A stretch of 41,122 nucleotides of DNA from Candidatus Babeliales bacterium (GTDB taxonomy: Bacteria; Babelota; Babeliae; Babelales; Vermiphilaceae): contig CAVUQO010000001.1 in NCBI GenBank assembly GCA_963743635.1, positions 1-41,122 on the forward strand, read 5' to 3'. The notes beneath the pieces are model-generated. The model saw only the letters and a program-made list of their open reading frames with translations. It did not search any database and had not been told where the DNA came from. A program made the translations under genes and the position numbers. Of the stretch, positions 36,897-41,122 are shown piece by piece (position 1 is the first letter of the stretch; the number at the start of each line of letters is the position of its first letter).

Positions 36897-38168
36897 ATGG
36901 CTGTAAATCAAGCTGGCCTTATGAAATATCTATTAACTGTATGTCTCGGTCTATCCTGCGTAATGGTATTCGCGCAAACATCAATCCTTAGCGAATCTCA
37001 AAATTGGGCAGGAAATCAACGCTATAATCCAATCGAAACTTGGGCTCCTCGCACTCAAGAAAAGTTAATTGCGCTGATACAAAAAGCATCTGCCAAAAAT
37101 CACAAAATTTGCGTGCGGAGCGTGGGACACTCATTCAGTGCAATAACTGCAACTGATCAATATTCTTTGAACACAAAGAATATTAATAAGATCTTATTTA
37201 TCGATATTGATCGTATGCAAGTGCGCGCAGAAGGGGGCATTCTTCTGAATGACTTTAACCGAGAAATAGCACCACATGGATTAGCATTACCCAATCTGCC
37301 CGATATTGGCGGTATGAGCTTAGCTGGTGCGGTATGTACTGCTACGCATGGCACCGGAAACTCAGGCACCCTATCTAGTTTTATCACCGAAATTGAACTC
37401 ATCGCCGCAGATGGAACTCTGCATACATTATCTGCAAAACACACGCCAGAAGCATTCAAAGCAGCCTGCGTAAACCTCGGCACATTGGGCGTCATCTATG
37501 CCATAACTATGCAATGTGAGCCTCTTTTTGAGCTTGAATATAGCGAAAAGAAAATGAGTTTACGTGAACTCCTCGCGCATTATACTCAATTTCGCGAAGA
37601 AACAGATTATTTCCAATTTCGTTGGCAATTGAACGATGATATGGTTTACGCAGATTTTTGGAACCGTGTATCAGCAAGTGCCCCCACAACTCCCGGCACA
37701 AGCAAAAAAGTAAGCTATGAAACGTTGCTATTCCATACGGATACTACTCCTGTCATAGCAAGTGAAATTGCAATTCCTATCGATGCATTGCCTCAAGCAG
37801 TTATTATCATAAAAGATCTTGTAACGACATGGACATCACGAGGTTTGATACTTCCTGAAGCATTGTGTCGGTTCGTGAAGGCTGATAAGAATAATTATCT
37901 GAGCCCAACTGCATATGGCGATGTGGTATGTATCAATATAAGCTCCGCTCCCGAAGAGCAATACTACCCATTCTTTAAAGAATTCGAGCAAGCTTTGTAT
38001 GCGTTCCAAGGAAGACCTCACTGGGGAAAGATCAATTTCCTTACTCACGAAATGGCTCATAGCTTATATGGAGAGAATCTTGAAAAATTTATAGAAATTA
38101 AGCACTCTCTTGATCCGAAAAATATTTTTTCTAATGCGTGTGTTAATCAGATATTGGGATTGAAATAG
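36897..38168 (+). CDS. FAD-linked sugar-1,4-lactone oxidase (GULO/ALO family) with signal peptide
   Basis: NWAG, VGHSFS, TATHGTG and RPHWGK; SD agga before ATG 36897. Confidence 0.88.
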   Translation: MAVNQAGLMKYLLTVCLGLSCVMVFAQTSILSESQNWAGNQRYNPIETWAPRTQEKLIALIQKASAKNHKICVRSVGHSFSAITATDQYSLNTKNINKILFIDIDRMQVRAEGGILLNDFNREIAPHGLALPNLPDIGGMSLAGAVCTATHGTGNSGTLSSFITEIELIAADGTLHTLSAKHTPEAFKAACVNLGTLGVIYAITMQCEPLFELEYSEKKMSLRELLAHYTQFREETDYFQFRWQLNDDMVYADFWNRVSASAPTTPGTSKKVSYETLLFHTDTTPVIASEIAIPIDALPQAVIIIKDLVTTWTSRGLILPEALCRFVKADKNNYLSPTAYGDVVCINISSAPEEQYYPFFKEFEQALYAFQGRPHWGKINFLTHEMAHSLYGENLEKFIEIKHSLDPKNIFSNACVNQILGLK

Positions 38169-38195
38169 GCAGCGTTTTTCTCAGCACTTCTATGT

Positions 38196-40165
38196 TTATC
38201 CTTGTCTCGATTGAGTCATAATAGCATCATATATCGCGTGACTGCTTTTCTTGTGATAAGCCCAGTAGCGATCGCCAAAGGACCAGTGCCAATATTCGGT
38301 AGAATAATTTACAAAGCCGACCTTTTCCAATACTTCGCACATAATTTTTCTATACGCTTGTGCTTGCGCTGAGATTTTATCTGAATGGGTAGCCGATAAT
38401 TCGCCGGTCGTATCAGACATCCAATCTTTCACACAAATGCCCATATCGACGATATTTCCTGCATCATCAATTAAATAGATATCAAAGGCACCGCCTGTTG
38501 AATGGGGAGGAATATTGGTTGAGCCATCTTTATTGATAACAGGAGATACAAGCTTAGTAGTTTCTTCAAAACATTGCTCTTGGCTCCATTTTGGATGCAA
38601 CGCGTGCAGCTTTTGATGGCGATCATCAAACAGTTTTTTCTGCGTCGATACACTTCTATAGCTTTCATAGATGCAGAAAAATAATCCTTGCGGCAATAAT
38701 GCCTGGGCCTCTTGCAATTTGGTGTACACGGCCAGACGCATCTTGGTGTAATCCTGATTATCAGGGATTTCAGGTGATGGACCATATGCGATGATTGTTT
38801 GACCTTTTAAATCAATGAGAGGATCGTGATTCTCAATAATGGGCACTTGCACAACGCGCGGATCTGCTATGAGAACTATGGGATTTGATGTAACGTCTGA
38901 ATGCTCTTTAACGAATCGTTTAAGGCTAAATTTACTGATATCAATATTGCTTTTGCCATATATCGCTAATTCTGCGAGGACTTCTCCAATTGCTGCTGAG
39001 TGTTTAAAACCGTGCCCTGAGCAAGGTGAGGCAATAATAACGTTGGAATATTCTGGATGTAGATCAAGAACAAAATTAGAGTCTGGCGTAACGGTATACA
39101 AACATGATTGCGCCTTAAGGCACGTATCAGAAAGTTTTAAATTGTTTTTAATATACGTGTTGTACATTTCATCAATTTCGCTTTGTGTTACTTCTCTGTT
39201 TACTGTATCAGGATCCACCGTTTGGATGTACTGCTCGGTGGCAACCTTCACGCCACCATGTTCACTGTCAACTGCAGGAAATCCATAGATAAAATTTTTT
39301 GATCCATCTGAAAACTCCCATAAAAAAACAGGAAACTTATCGGGAGTAAATAGTTCATAGTTTTCTTTGGGGTCAAACCAATAAAGTACTTGTCGGTATA
39401 CCTTAAACGTATCCGTATAAGATTGTGGTAAAAATGCAGAAATCCATGCGCCGACTGACAGTATCACTTTCTCTGCAGTATATTCTCCACACTCAGTTTT
39501 AACCACGACAGTATTGTCATCGATAGGAATGATTTCAAGAATTTTTTCATTTTTATGAATTGATGCACCATATTTTTCTGCTAGCTGCAGTTGAGTTTCA
39601 ATGCACACCTCTGGATGCAAAAAACCAGCTTTTTCTTCATAGTATCCAATTTCATTTCCTTGAAGGTTAAATTGGGGGAACTGTTCTTGAATATTCTTTG
39701 TTTCTAAGATTCTATGTGCTATTCCAAACTTTTTTGCCGCCTGGATAGTATTTCTCAGATAACGGCTTGCATCATCATCTATAGCGGTACTGTTATAAGC
39801 TCCTAGAGTGATGCCACCGGTGATTGTAAGAAGATTTTTGCCGGTCTCTTTTTCAATTTCGTCCCATATAGCGTAAGAACGAAGAACTAGAGGGGACATA
39901 TTCTTCTCCTTGGGATCCAAGGGCTTGTCTCATTATTCTTGTCTCACCATGAGATGAACCGAATGTATGTGGAGGAGAAAATTGATCGATACCAAGGACT
40001 TTTGATTTCTTTTTGCAAGCTGGTAAAGGCGGCACTGCCCATTGCGCCAAGCCCGACCACAATAACATCAAATTTTTGCATACTTTTCAATCGAGATTCT
40101 TCCATGCATAAAACTATAGTACTATGTAGGCTTATAAGTATAACTAAAAGTCCATTAAATCGCAT
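38196..40165 (-). CDS. solA: Sarcosine/N-methyltryptophan oxidase fused to an M15 (VanX-like) D-Ala-D-Ala dipeptidase; 5' part frameshifted
   Basis: GLGAMGSA, GSSHGETRI and CSGHGFK are spread over three frames; the C-terminal domain has ESYRS, PHSTGGAFD and EYWH. Confidence 0.8.
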
Positions 40166-40195
40166 CTTTTGCCGACTTTATTTAAGGCTTAGTTT

Positions 40196-41078
40196 TTACA
40201 TTTTTTCAAATGTTGCTGCAGTTTTTTGCAATACATCTGAGTTCTCTATTTTATATTCCATATAGTTCCAATGCTCCCTAATCATCTTGAAATTCGGTTC
40301 TTCTATTGGATTAAGATCAGGTACAAATCCCCAAGAACGATATGCCCTGAGTGCATTTTTATTGGTTATGCGCGTGCAAAGAAAAATGCGTTTTATATCT
40401 GGCGCAATATTAAAAATTGAGCTCATAAGCAATTTTCCCAATCCGCGATTTTGCTCAGAAGGTTTAATACCAATTCCCGTAACCTTAATATCACCCTGCG
40501 CATATCCAGGCGCTATAGAAAAATTTATATACCCGAGTGGTGCTTTAGTTGCTTGATCTTTGACCACTACGAAGAAATACAGATCGTTGATAAACGGTTT
40601 AAGGATATCAGGACCATAACTACTGAAATCCAGTTCATGCATTTGCTTTAGATTCGATTGTATTTTGCTTTCAACCAATTTCCAATCAACTGCTTCTGGT
40701 CCATTCTCAAAAAAGGGAAGATATTGCTTCAGATACTCATCCTGCTTTACTGCCTCGGGATGTTCACGTAAAAATTGCAGCTCAACGGTTGCAAACGCCT
40801 GAGATGCAATGTCTGCAATGCTCTTCATGCCTGCAGCATAATCTGGAGATTGTATATCGGTTTTGATCCATTCCAAGACAACAGGTGCTACCCGCTTTAT
40901 CTTTTGCTAAAAATTTACCCGCTGTTTTCACGTGGCTGCTTACCATATTTATCCTTTTGCTCTGATTCGTTTTAAAATATGACGATACACAATAGCCTGC
41001 GATGACGCATGCTACAACAATGATGGCTAATTTATAACGCGGTAATTTGTTGCGCTGAAGTTTGCGAGATTTCATCAC
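40196..41078 (-). CDS. Membrane-anchored GNAT acetyltransferase with one frameshift near 40890
   Basis: QNRGLGKLL and NKNALRAYRSWGF; ORFs 40782..41078 and 40196..40876 join as KDKAG/APVVLEW. Confidence 0.8.
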
Positions 41079-41122
41079 TGTTGGTTCCTATTCTATTCTT
41101 TAAAATTAGGGTTGAACCATGT

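Noticed and set aside
1..41122. tRNA/rRNA genes and the remaining short overlapping ORFs in the track
   Set aside because: No cloverleaf or rRNA motifs were seen by eye; the short ORFs overlap well-supported genes and lack motifs.

Overview
The window looks like an accessory region of an intracellular, protist-associated bacterium. Ca. Dependentiae/Babelota is my inference, based on the chlamydial-plasmid-type recombinase and the many signal-peptide proteins carrying Sel1, WD40, ankyrin and RING domains. Bases 1-4.0 kb are part of a satellite/ICE-like element: an iteron-like origin, a frameshifted primase-helicase-type P-loop protein, an excisionase-like HTH protein, and a pGP7/pGP8-like tyrosine recombinase that lacks its catalytic C-terminus. 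The main discovery is at 4.1-8.2 kb, where five copies of an unannotated ~55-90 bp unit sit between cargo genes (HEPN, ParB-like, GNAT and small secreted proteins). On the + strand each unit ends in a GAAA-tetraloop terminator with compensatory changes, and copies 1 and 4 have good sigma70 promoters. On the - strand the same sequence supplies a hairpin-embedded SD and a start codon for a small ORF. The copy-1 and copy-4 peptides (41 and 44 aa) are homologous, with synonymous changes. This matches the layout of a multicopy antisense-RNA/small-peptide (type I TA-like) family. The rest of the window is a run of candidate host-directed effectors (WD40-ANK-RING, WD40-CaaX, Sel1, M48-like peptidases), enzymes, MITE/palindromic elements, tiny gene remnants, and a possible RiPP-like precursor/enzyme pair. 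I saw no rRNA, tRNA or CRISPR array. Frameshifts cluster at both window ends and may be assembly errors.
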